From positions 186,001-250,000 of the forward strand of contig JAQGDQ010000092.1 of the NCBI GenBank assembly GCA_030141605.1: a stretch of DNA of 64,000 nt, read 5' to 3'. This DNA comes from Tubiluchus corallicola (Eukaryota > Animalia > Priapulida). Shown here in pieces: positions 13,884-26,660 of the stretch. A model generated the notes under the pieces. The model was not told the origin of the DNA and ran no database searches. It saw only the letters and a list, made by a program, of their open reading frames with translations. Position 1 is the first letter of the stretch, and each line of letters opens with the position of its first letter. The translations under genes and the position numbers were made by a program.

Positions 13884-14669
13884 CCGGTGTCTGAATTGTT
13901 TAGCTAAGCTTTTATGACTGGTGTCGTCAAAAGGTAAACTTCCAAACACCATATAGTGTAGGATAACTCCTATACTCCACACATCCATTTTCTGAGGGTC
14001 GTGTGCGGTGTTGTACAATACTTCAGGAGGAGCATATGCAAAGCTACCCACTAAAGACACTTCGCTTAATTTCTGCTTCACTTCTACACCGGGTGGATTA
14101 ATTTTGCAACGTTTAAAATTTGCGATTTTTACGTTATATTTGTCATCCAGTAAAATATTACCGCATCTGAGGTCTCTGTGTACTATGCCTTTGTTGTGCA
14201 TGTAAGCAACACCATCCACTATCTGATGAAACCATTTTCCAGCTTGAACTTCATCTATGTAGTTACGTTCTTTGATAATATCTAGAAGACTACCATTTTT
14301 AAAATACTCTATAATAATAAAAAAGTATTTATCTGTATCTATTACATCAAAACCTTTGATTATGTTGGGATGCTTCAGTTGCTTCAGTGCGTCTATTTCG
14401 CGAGGAATTCGTGTAGCAAAAAGCCTGGACCCGGCGTTTTGCTTCTTGTAAATCTTCACAGCTACATATTCACGCTGCTTTTGTGAAAGGCTTGCCATCC
14501 ACACGCTGCTGTTCTTAATCCTCTTATCCAGGTGGTAGCCTTTCCTTCTTAGCAGGGTTTCTCTTTCAATTTTGTCAATTTCTGAATAGCAGCTGCTAGA
14601 GCTCATCCTATTCACAGAAATGAAACGATTGTGGTTTGCGGCAGCATCGCCCTTTTCAACTTCAGACAT
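13884..14669 (-). CDS. Testis-specific serine kinase-like (TSSK4-like, CAMK group) protein, exon 1; nested in the THIK intron; probable pseudokinase
   Basis: VAVKI, PREIDALKQLKHPNII, AGKWFHQIVDGVAYMHNKGIVHRDLRCGNILLD, GSFAYAPPE, DVWSIGVIL, LPFDDT. Donor CGG|gttagt at 13884/13883, phase 0. Confidence 0.85.
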
Positions 14670-15506
14670 TTTGCTATCACTGTTGATTTTTCAGTAGACA
14701 GACTAGACAGATTAGTAAAATCGGCCACATGATGCGGTTAAGTCTATAATCGTTGTAAAGAGCAGAAAGTGGTACTGACAAAAAGATGAAATGAAAAAAA
14801 CGTTGCCATAGCAACTCGTTCATATAGTTACTATCGCGGGAATAAATTAAACTATATTTGCATAAAAATGTTGAACTTGAAATGCTCGGCGACACAAATA
14901 GTTTTAATTAGAAAAATTATAATTTTACAGCATCGTGTAAGTTATAATAGTATAACGGAGAACTTATTCAACTCTTCCATGCAATATTCGGATGATAATG
15001 TTTGGATATCTATCGGCCAGCATAAATTGTCGATATGATTGCCCAGATGCTCGAAGAGAAGCCTTGTAGGCCTAATTAACAGAAACGAAAAGAAGTGTAT
15101 CCGGATGGACGAAAGAAATTTAGGCATCTTGCAAGTCTGTTGGATATGAATATAAAGTTTGGTGCAAGTAAGTTTGACACAAGTAAGTTTGGTACAGGTG
15201 ATTTTGGTACGAGGAAATTTTGGTACGAGGAAACTAGGCAAATTTGGTACTGGAAAATGTGGTACTAAACAAAGAAGAAAACATTTCTACATCTCAGTAT
15301 AAAATAATTGTTTCAACTAAAAAATAAAGAAGTTTATTCAGTAGGGAGGAAATCTGGTAGTACTCTGAAAGTCTGGTTTATTAAAAAGTTCATAAAACAT
15401 TATACTGTAATTAATAGTGCGTGGCAGCTAAAATTTGATCCGTGATTATCCCATCCATGTAGGTATATTTAAGAATTTTTTGCATATATTTTCCATTACG
15501 CTATAC

Positions 15507-15650
15507 CAAAGTTTCCCAAACTTATCCGGTACGTGACCCCTTTCAGTAGTACGAAACCTGCCATGACCTCCACCTTCATAAGCCTTCTGAAAACGTATTA
15601 ATTTGTAATATCGCAGATACACTATTTTAAAATTTAAAAGATTAATCACA

Positions 15651-15748
<98 letters not shown>

Positions 15749-15923
15749 ATAAAAATGTTTATTATTGTTTATGAATGTGTGTTAACGTTTATTAACAAGG
15801 ATTGATTTAATTATGTATTTAAATAAGAAGTATGTATTTGCTTTTTTGACACAAACTCCATGACCCCCTGAAAAAGGCTCATGACCCTTTTGGGGGTCGT
15901 GATCCGCAGTGTGGGAACCACTG
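15507..15923. mobile_element. Non-autonomous hAT (Charlie-like) MITE nested inside the foldback-like element
   Basis: Ends caaagtttcccaaac... and ...gtgtgggaaccactg (CAGTGGTTCCCA-type TIR), subterminal GACCCC motifs, 8-bp TSD cgctatac / cactatac with central TA. Confidence 0.78.
15653..15746. repeat. (GA)n microsatellite
   Basis: About 47 perfect AG units. Confidence 0.98.
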
Positions 15924-16119
15924 CACTATACCATCTAGTCTTTTATGGGGCATGGCTAGTTATAAGCAATAGAAAGTTTTGCCAAATCTGAAAAGTGAGT
16001 ATTATTTATTCCCACTAGTCAAGTTCCGTAAAAGATTTTGCATAAAATGGTAAATGAATTTAAATCATTGGAAATATCAAAAGTGCCGCAAATGTGCCAC
16101 ATACTGTAGTGCCACGTGT

Positions 16120-16625
16120 TGTAATCACTGTCATTCTCGCTTTTGCGACAAATGTCATAATCATTGTCACTGTCAACGTCATCAACAGTGTCATCTTTGC
16201 CATAATCATCACTGTTATCATCGTCATCTTTATTAACAACATCACTATCGCAATCGTTGTCATCATCAGTTTTATTGTCATCACCTATTACTGTAATCTT
16301 CCATCGTTATTTATAGACACAACAATAGCAACAACAACAGTAACAGTGGTGATAGTGATGATAATTATGATGTTCACTGCTAACACAATTAACAGCAGCA
16401 ACAACAATAACAACAGCAGCAACAACAACAGCAACAGCAACAGCAACAAAATGACAAATGTAACAATGACAATAATAGTTATGATGATGGTGGTGGTGGT
16501 AGTAGTGGTAATAATCACAACAAAAGAGCGAACAAGAAATAAACAAATAACAACAATGACAAATACCAAGCAACAGACTTACAAACAAAGAGGATGCGAA
16601 CAAAAACAAATAGAAACAAATGCAA
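16120..16625. repeat. Degenerate trinucleotide low-complexity tract (CAT/CAA/CAG/GAT)
   Basis: Runs of atc, aac, agc, gtg. Explains the overlapping biased ORFs at 16054-16633. Confidence 0.85.
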
Positions 16626-18042
16626 TAAAATGAGCCTGTATAACTTGTTCGAGTAGGTTATATAAATTATATTTTCATAGTACCAAACTTTCCCTGTTCG
16701 AAACTTTCTCTGTACTTAATTTTCCTAGTACCAAATGTTCCGAGTACTAAACTTTCCTAGTACCAAACTTGTTCCGTACCATTTTTACCTTGTACCGTAT
16801 TTACTTGTACCAAAAATATATGACAAAACTTCGTTGGTACCACATTTTCCAGGACCATATTTACTTTGTACCAAATTTTCCCAGTACAAATATTACCGCG
16901 TACCAAAAATTTCTAGTACCAAATTTTCCCGATACCAAAATTTCCTCGTACCAAAATTACCAGTAACAAACTCACCTGTAAGTACTGCTGTACCAAACTT
17001 ACTAGTATAAAACTTCACGCGCATCATTGGATACTGGCCAGTATGTAAAAAAAGGAAGCTGCTAGCACTAGCACTAACTACATGCTCAAAGTTAACATAA
17101 ATATTCAACAATCGTCGGAAAATAGCTTTTTTCAGTGGACATGACATTGAGACAAATTTCCAGAAAACTTCGTATGGAAACAAGCTTTTAATGAAATATT
17201 GAAAGCTTTCAGGCGAAAAATTTTACTTATAATTACTTAACAGCTATAGGCGTAAGCAACTTGGACTGATTTTGAAAGACATGGCACACAACCTAGGCGA
17301 TTTAAAAGCAGGACTGACCAGGCAATGTAATTTCCAAGACGATCTACACTACTAGATAGGTAAGTATATTACATCATTATTACTATGTGCATCATTGTTA
17401 ATTGGTTATTATTATTGTCTGTTGCTGTCTTCAGCGCAGAATGTGAATATGCGGCTGCACATAATAATAATTGAGTTCAGTGATTAATAAATGTATTTGC
17501 TAATCCAGAAAATCTACAAATAATCAATCGTATTTTGTAGTAACGAAAGTTATTGCGGCACTACATCACTGAAATGCTCACAAAGCGCTGTGAGCGTAAC
17601 GGCTCACCTTGTTATATTAGTTAAACATGAGCTCAAGGTCTATATATAAAGTGGTTAAGCAAATAGATGGACCAGATAAATACGTAGGTTGCTAGGCATA
17701 TTTCCATCAAATGACGTCATAGCAAGTGCCGGAAGAGCCTTTAATGAAAAATTATCCAAGAGGATTGAGTAGCAATATGAAACTGTACAAATGTAGTCTC
17801 GGTTAATTTCTGCGTGACAATATGACTAAAATTAGAATACAAGTTGTCTTTTTGACAAAAGCGCCTTCTTCCTTTCAACTCCCTGATTTAATATAGAATT
17901 TATAGCCCTACGTTCCTTACTTGAAGTTAATGGCATGTTTTATCGAAATTGCACATTTCTCTCGCATCTGTCTTCTTAAAATAATTTTCAGCTTTTATAA
18001 AACAGGTTCTCAATGTAACTTGTCTTAAATTAAATTAGATTT

Positions 18043-18186
<144 letters not shown>

Positions 18187-21100
18187 TAATGTTATTACTA
18201 TTATGTTATATCATTATTAAACTTGTTTTTAAGTGTTGTGGATATTACTTTCTGTAACTTGTTTGGACTTTATTGTATTGTGTTGTGTTGTATTAAGTTG
18301 ATTGGAATAATTAAAGTTTATTTCACACATTTGGTCTATTTTTTGAGAATTAGTAGCCAGGATGGCAGTGATTAAGAAACCATCGTTTATTTACGTCAGA
18401 ACTGCACATTAACAGAGAAAATCGCCTCTAAAAAGATATCCTGATATAACAACGGTAACCAATCACAGTGTTCTAAATGTTCCTAAATAAAGAAGCAGAA
18501 TTTAGTGAAAGTTGACATCCTTACGTTGACGTTGTCACCTTGAGTTAGAGGTTACTTGTAGGGAATTGAGAGAAATACAATCTCATTGCTTGTGTTTTGC
18601 CCTCTTATTTATTAATGCTGCATTGTCTTAACGTTTTGCTGTAAAGCGCTTCAAACTCAAAGCAAAGACTTGGTGTTTTGTATTCCACCAGTGTAAGACC
18701 ATGCATTCAGCAAGACTCACAGAATTTGGACTCAAAGGGACTCGGCTAAATGAACGGCCTGAAGAATCAATAGGCCAAGAGAAAATCAGGAGTATCGGTA
18801 TCCTCCATGTTTTTCTTTCTGGCCTATAGTTAGTAATAAAGACGTGGATCATTTTACTTGACCAAAAAGAAGGTGAAAAAGATTTCACTATAACGCAGCA
18901 TCTGTGGTTTTGTAATAAGTACCGGCAACTATGCCAGCACGTCGGTTAACTGAAACCCACCACTTTTCTTAAGCCATTAACAAAAAAACCATTAACTGAA
19001 AAAGCCAACAGGGCCTTAGCTTTAATAACAGTGTGAATGTGATATATGGCAACAAATACGCCTAGTGGAACACCATTAGTCTGCAACTGGCCAGAATAGC
19101 GTCGATAAAAAAATATTTTCACGATTGCTAACTGTTGAAAAATATATTATTTTTGTTCGCAATTTCACCATCACGAAACCAGCACAAAAGTGTGACGACC
19201 GAAAAACATTTTTGTGAGAATTTAGTAACAACAAAAATGAAAACTGAACTGCAAAAAATAACTGCCGGTTCAGAATGTAATTAGCTGGAACAGTAACTTC
19301 AAAGCGATGTAGTAGGTAAGCAGTGTACAATACAGTGCTACGCACACGAGGCTTTTAAATCTGAGATTTGAGACGACGTCTCGCATGGCAAGTCTGCGTT
19401 GTCCTAGTTAAGCACAGAAATTGACGAACGCGCAAACTATGTAGTGCGAAACGTTTAGGAATCGAGAAGAAAAAAAATGATAAAACCATGAAGATTCAAA
19501 ACAAATAAAGCATTTTTAATAACTGTGGAATATTTTCCTACATGAATCTATGAAAACCTACAAAACTTTCTTGCTTCGGCAGTTAGTTCAGAGTTTCAGA
19601 TTGGTTTACATCAAAATGGACAGGATTAAATTTAATGAGTTGAAATGAGCTAAAATAGCTGAAATAGAATATAGAATTGTACTTCGTTTTAACCGTTGAA
19701 CATGAAGTTTCCAGTTTTCACAAGCTCAACCGGTCAGCGATGGAAATTATACGAAGTTTAGTTTTAGCATAAATTTTCTATCTTGTCTTTTTATAAATCT
19801 TTGTCATTTTCACGGACGAAAATAGTTTCAGGTCTTTCTTCTTGTTACTGCCTTTTTCTGCGTTGTACATTTGTTTTCTTTGGTTCATCGGATCAATATA
19901 CATTTAATTTCATATGAAGTTAAACAAGAGATAAAAGTTCCAACAACACGCTGTCATTCATGTTGCTGTCTTTTAAGAAAAGCATAATAAATATTGCACG
20001 CCTCATAAAGGAGATACGCACAAAGCCATAACAAGACAAGATGACAAAGCGAAGCAGCAAGACATAATCTTTTCTGTCAGCGCAACAAGCAAGTAGCTTT
20101 GTTTGTTGTGAAGATTAGGAGGTACATGAATCTCAGAGGGCCCACTGCGTGATACGGAAGTCACGTTGCATCTACAATTGTGACTGGTTGATTAGTAGAC
20201 TTGCTCCTATTAGAACTTCGCAATTATCCATAAGAAAATGTTCAGATAAATGATATTTAACAGCAGTAATCTTTAAGCCCGATTAGCTCTTTTACATGAG
20301 TAGACCGACACGCCAATGAAATTGATTTAGCTTTAATAAGATGCGTCACAACAATTAATGATAAACAGCGAATACCGATTTTTTTATTACAAATCGCTCC
20401 AAACAAAGGCTAATTATACTCAAGATAAGAAGCTACAGTAGAAAATTGTTGAAATGAATAGCCAAAAAAATTCAAAAACCCATTTTTCACAGTGATTGAA
20501 GTTATTTGTTAACATTCTTCTTGTACTAAGTGGGTTTATAGGTTACATGTAAACAATTTTTTGGTACAGAATTCTACAGATAAAAACTCGAGAGAAAAAA
20601 ATGGATTTATAAGCAGTTGTTCTACAAATAGGCAAAGTATGTCCAGGTTAAACCTATAAGAAGCAGCAGAAGCAAGTACTACAAACAACTGACGAATAAT
20701 TATTTAGGACCCGTGACGAGAAATCCTGAGAGTATCTTTAATAATATATTTTTTCTTAAAACGAGCTCTTCGTTATTGCTGGGAATACTGCTGTATACAA
20801 TCACTAACATTTTTCATTTTGTTCGGTTTTCTCAATTATCGATCACCGACGATAAATCGAAGATTGTTTTATTCCCTGCATTTAAGTAGTTTTAAAACAT
20901 TATTTGGTGGTGCCTGTTTTATTAAATCAGCCCAATAAGTCCGATAGCCAGTCCGTTAGCTAATATCCCAAATATAGGCCAATTATTAAATTATAATAAT
21001 TGTTATTTTTATGAGCATACAACACGAAGGCAATTAATCAATCTAATTGCTGTGACAATCAGACCATGCCAAGCGCCGCATTGTCCGACAATCAAACTGT

Positions 21101-22319
21101 CTTTTCAGAAGTAATATTTCCTTTTATTTCACTGTGGACTAATCAACTGCCCAGTCGTAATCGACGGAAACGGCGAGGGATAGACTCAGCACAGGGAAGC
21201 CAGGCGGAAGCGCTCACATCTGAAGATGGGAGAGTCTAACAGCAGGTGAAAGCATGCCGAAAGAGACTTCAAGTAAAAATGGGGGAAGTTTAGAAGCCTA
21301 GCGGAATTTGGATGAATGGGGTAAATCAAGTGAAAACACCGTGAAGTAGCCTAGATATGTTTCGAAAGAGGATGTAAAGAGGTAGAGTCATGATGTTACA
21401 TGTAAGGCATACACGGATGTAAAAGCGTGCGTGAAGAGGGAAGTTCAGAAAGCATGCAAAGTGAACGTAAAAGAGGAGAATGGGTATACCTCTGCATGTA
21501 TCTAAAAACTAGATCACATCTCATGTAAAAGACACACAGAAACCCAACAAAGCAGTATGAAGAAAGATAAATATTAAATGATACATGTATGCACTCATAA
21601 GCTTTTGTAAATCAGTAAGGAAGTAGTAAAGAAGGAAACTCATGATATCAAGGGGGAACAGCTAAACGAGGTGCAAAAAAGGTTTGAGGCCTGCGCGTAA
21701 GAAAAGAGACCAGCCGGAACCTAGCTCGTGATCAAGGATCGAGCCAGTCATACTAACAAAAATACGCTTGGATGCATGTGCTTTTTCGACAAGAAACTAG
21801 TCGGAACAGCGAGATAAATAACAAGTAGATGCCCCAGAAGCAGTCTTTCTAGCGGTCACCTATCCACTTACTATCTCGTCTGAAGTTGCACAACTTTGCA
21901 GGCAACGCCAAGTACAAGCCAGGGCAGCCCATCCACTTTACAGGGCCATATGTGAATTTATTACATAGGGCCCATAATGTTATAGATCAAATGATTTGCA
22001 TAAATGCAATTTTACATTTTAATCTGCAAATTTGAGAAATAGCCAACAAGTATCGATGACGATGGGCGGGTATTTATTACTTTGATTTCGATTTGATAAT
22101 TCCACGTGCTTCGCAGAAAAAAAGTGATGCGATCTTTAAACTTTTTGATGTGCCTGTGAAACTGAACCCTCAATCGCCTGCGTGGGCAGTGAGTACACCT
22201 TTATTATTGAGATTTTTATACCGCACACGCATTCTGCACACGACACGTCTCAGCAAACTGCTTGGCTTTTGTTATTCCTGATTCTTAGGAGACACAATTA
22301 ATATTATTAATGATCTTAC

Positions 22320-22650
22320 CTATAGTGGTTACGATAGTTAGTACATAGTAAAATGCCCCCGCGAAATCCCACCTGGGTCGTTTATCCAACAAACCCTTGG
22401 CACTGACGTTACCGTAATGATGTAGTAAAACCCAAACATCTGTCTCATTAACAGTTCCATTATATTGCACCATGAAGTCTCGATAAACTCGAGTCCATTC
22501 TCTTCTTAGTTCATTTTCTGAGTTACTCTCCAGAGCAGAGAAGAGAGCTGCGCCACACAACATATACATGATGAGTACCAAAGCAAGTAGTCCAAACCTC
22601 GCGTTATCTTCTCCCAGGTGAATAACGGAACACCACCCGTCCCGACTCAT
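22320..22650 (-). CDS. KCNK13: THIK-type two-pore-domain K+ channel (KCNK12/13-like), coding exon 1 (M1, cap, P1 to TTI-G)
   Basis: MSRDG...EDNARFGLLALVLIMYMLCGAALFSALE...RPRWDFAGAFYYVLTIVTTIG. Donor ATAG|gtaaga at 22320/22319, phase 1. Confidence 0.92.
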
Positions 22651-25600
22651 TATACGGAAACGGCTACATCATATTGCCACAATGCTCGATACCTCAGGCA
22701 TAAATTCATCGTTTTACGTAGGATTAATAGCGCTGACATACAGGCCATTATGTTTTGGTGGCGTCATTATAAAAACATAATCATGGCGTTTCACGTATGT
22801 AGAAAATAAGCGTTTAAATATAAACACTATGATTCTGTGTGAATAATGAAACATCTTGCTTTTTATGAAACTTCAAGTTGTATTGTCTAGAAAAAATTCT
22901 TCCTGCATCAGTAAAAAAACGAACCTTTCGGAGAATATCCATAAATCTGGCACTAAGTATTGCTGTGTGTGTCCACTGTGCAAGTAAGATTGAATTATGT
23001 TTTCAGATGACTTTGTTATTCAGTATCACATAAAGCTAAAATTATATACATTATTTTTTAGGCATTTTGTCATTTTTTCTGTCCAAGTATTCCTTATTTA
23101 GACAACAAAAATCTTTTAACGAAAATCACAAGTAATTAATTTCGATTACAAAAATTAGTAAGAAAATGTTTGAGTGCTTGAACTTCCTATCTTTCCAGCA
23201 GTCTCAAAAGTTATAAAACTAATTTTCCGAGACCTGTTATTCACCTGTTGTTTCTATATCACAGAATCAGAATTTGTAAGAAAACACTACGTCACTTTCA
23301 CTAAGAGAAAAAGTTTTCTCTAAATCTACGATTGTTCACAACAGAGCGATCTTATCATAAATTTAAAACAGTAACACAATGCAGTGACAAGTGTAAAATC
23401 TATACACAAAAATATTGCCAATTATTCTTATTCACTGATGACTGACGAGACGCCAGACTAGCTTCACAATTATTATTACTATGCACGCTGTCACAAATAG
23501 CCAACCAAAAGGCGCATGTAATAACGAGGTGCTTTCTTTGCTATCTTTAATTATAATCTTACCATTAAGATTATAATAATTAATTAAACGAGGTACTACT
23601 AAATTAATCACAGAAAACCAACCGGCGTGCTGTTCCGCACAACTAAGAGCATCACCGCTGGTATTGCCTGTAATTAATTCCGATTTCATAAAACAAGAAA
23701 TGATCAGTATTCAGATCGACGGAACACCAATAACATGAGTGAATATGATATTAAATTTTATTGTAGATTTACATGTTATTCAGTTGGACCAGTAGACGGC
23801 ACTACTTTAGCAAGAACATTTTCATTCTCAACCTTTTGTGATGTACAATGTACAATGCGCATGTGTCACCAGTCGAAACAAAGCAACCAGTACATCATGT
23901 GTCACATTATGACTGGCATCTGCGGCTTCAGCTACGACGCTAAGCATGCATGGTCTACTCATTGGTTGCCATAGAAACTGTGTACTCACACTAACTAAAT
24001 CGGGACTCAGATTACCTGGTTTGTTTGATTTATTTTGATGAAGATAAACTAGTTGTTAGCATCGAGGAAACGTTCAAAGCAACTGAAATTCTTTTTGTCT
24101 GAAGATTAGTTGCAATGTAACTAAATTATTAGAGCACGTTAGATGTCTAATCTTGGATTCGGAATTTCATTTGGCATTTTAGATGTAATCCAGAAAAAAG
24201 CAAGAAAGCAAATTTTCAAGTCTGTGTACGGGAAAAGCATTTCGCCAACGGAAACGTCCTTAGCAAGTTAGATGTACTGACTATGCCGTACATAATTATT
24301 GCCCTAGTAACTATTAAAGCGGCTCTATAGATTTCAAATCAACCAATTAATGTGGTCGGGTTGCACGTAGTCACTAGTCACTACTCCCTGGTATGGTAAA
24401 TGTTACAGTGTGAAAAAGAAACGGAACATGGTCCAGCTACAACAACCTGCATTTTGCACCGGGCTCGTTATAGGACAATTGCAGATAAACATAGATGAAC
24501 ATTTTTTGTTTTACTTTTGCTTGTACATAATTTAGCAATCACAAAAAGCAAACATGAATGAGCAAATGTTTACTTTGTTTTACTTTTGTTTGTACAAAGT
24601 TCACTATGCTAACGTTAGATTATTAACATTACTCAATGCACGCTAAGATAAAAACTAAATTCCGTGCATTATTGAAATTTTCGTTGTTTTATGCAATTTT
24701 CTCTTCTTTACCCATAGATTACTAATAAAAGTTCGTGTGTTTTCTTCACAATTGTGTACAAAATGCATTATTGAGATCAAGGCCTTATAATTTTCAGGAA
24801 ATTGTAGAAATACGATTGTCGTACCGTCTGCCACAACAACAATACCCGCTGGTAGAGTGATCTGACTCGAATTATTTGTCGAAGAACTCTTTGAACTGAA
24901 GATGGTGGATTAGAAAATGTGTCAGTGCCCCCTATCTTAAATCCAAAATGGTGTATCAAAAATCCGACCCAGTGAATCAAAACCGAATTCTAGTATATTT
25001 CCACAAAGCTTTGTGACGTGCCTTAGGTTTTGGCAAACCTTATGGCAAAATGACAAACATAATTGACGCACAAATTAAAAATGGCAGATCAAAAATTTGA
25101 TTTCATCAGTCGATGCGGAATTCATCCTGTAGTGCATTGCTATAAGAAAGTATCGTGACGAACTCATCAAGCCTTATCTTTTTTCAACAATGATGTTATT
25201 GCGGCCATCTTGAATTCAAGATGACACATCAAAAACTCCAACTTATTGGTTAATGTGAAATTCATTCTAGTATATTCTTATAAAGTTTAATAACAATCCG
25301 TTGGAAGTTGGCGGAGAATTAGGCCCAGCGCAGATATGCAATTTTCAGTTGCACAACTAAAAGTTACAAAATCTGTAAATAACTGAAGCCAGTGAGAGCA
25401 CTCAGACATATGCAATTAAAAATTGCGCAACTAAAAGTTGTAATCTCAGCTCAAACTTTTAGTTGCGCAACTGTTTTGTAATGTACTGTTTCCAATGAGA
25501 GCGCGCACACATGCAATTTCAAAATTGCAGGATAGATTGGCATTTAGTTAACCACACTCGATCACGTATAGTCAGGTGTAAAAACGGCCACGACGTTACG

Positions 25601-25982
25601 CTAGCGGAATCGGATCTGAATATATTCAGTATTGTTATTTTGTGCCATCCAGCAGTTGTATGATAAATGTTATAAATAATTTTGTTATTATATTACTATT
25701 TGAAAGCTGTTATTCCAAATCTTAGCAAATGACAAAATCACGACTTTTTGATAGTTTGACACACAAGGCGATATTCCGCATGCAGCAACAGGCATGATTA
25801 CCATACTGTTGGTTGTGACAGAGCCAAAAAACGTAACTCATGACTAATGGTAAAAAATAGGCACGTTCAGATGTACTCTCCTATATGTATATCATCGCTC
25901 GAAGTGAAATAACTTCACGCCAGGACCAGTTATTCCCCACCTTCAATTATTTCCCCCACTTCACTTAAAATGTTTTTGTTAA

Positions 25983-26660
25983 AGCACAAGAAAACCCTCC
26001 ACTTACATAAAGCTTAAAACGTTAGTCATGAAAATTTATACCACTTACATATTGCCTTTCTGCATGCAACTCTTGCGTCGGCAGTAGCGCTCTAGAAAAC
26101 TTGTAAATTTAAGCTCCCCCGATGACCGTTAGGCGCAGCCATTTTAGTCGTAGATCGTTTGATACAAGTTTAGATAACATTGCGTGAAGTTTGAAAAAAT
26201 AATCAGAGCAATCGTAGTAGACATGTTACTAACTGAGGAAAATTTTTAAATTACTGTATCTTAGCAATAAGATTAAAAATACGTTTTTGGCTAGTGAGTG
26301 GCGTACCCTAGAGGGTGAGTCAGCGACATTTCACCGATTGGTAAAAACATTTTAAATTAATATTTCTAGTTACATAAGTCTTTACAGCAGGTAAGCGATA
26401 TGCTAAGTAATATAGATTTGCATGGAAATTTTTTGGGACGTAATTCAACATTTCCTTTTCTACCCCTGATTTACGTTACGTTGCGTAGGTGAGGTCATGT
26501 AATGGCGCCGTCGGAACTGCATTGCAGGAGATTTAAAACGAAAACAAACAAAAATTCCTTTTAACGCAAGTACGATAGATGCATAATATTGCTGTAATGT
26601 AATGTAACTTTTAAGGCGATTTTCCTGAAACTTATTTTTAGGTACCCATTTTCTTGTCTT
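25983..26660 (+). mobile_element. Non-autonomous Kolobok-like DNA transposon, copy 1 (678 bp)
   Basis: Flanked by TTAA on both sides. Short TIR agcacaagaaaa / tttcttgtctt. Colinear along its length with 41732-42410 in opposite orientation. Confidence 0.8.

Larger units (their letters stand above)
15155..17005. mobile_element. Foldback-like element: long imperfect inverted arms made of ~15-bp GTACCAAA subrepeats
   Basis: Left arm 15155-15270 has repeated tttggtac. Right arm 16678-17005 has repeated gtaccaaa(att/ctt). The segment taccaaaatttcctcgtaccaaaat is shared in inverted orientation. No convincing TSD. Confidence 0.6.

Noticed and set aside
16054-16633. Overlapping Cys/His-rich and hydrophobic ORFs on both strands
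   Set aside because: Artefacts of trinucleotide low-complexity DNA.
21140-21900. Purine-rich, higher-GC segment resembling decayed coding or retroelement DNA
   Set aside because: No recognisable motif in the frames I examined; cannot be assigned without a database search.
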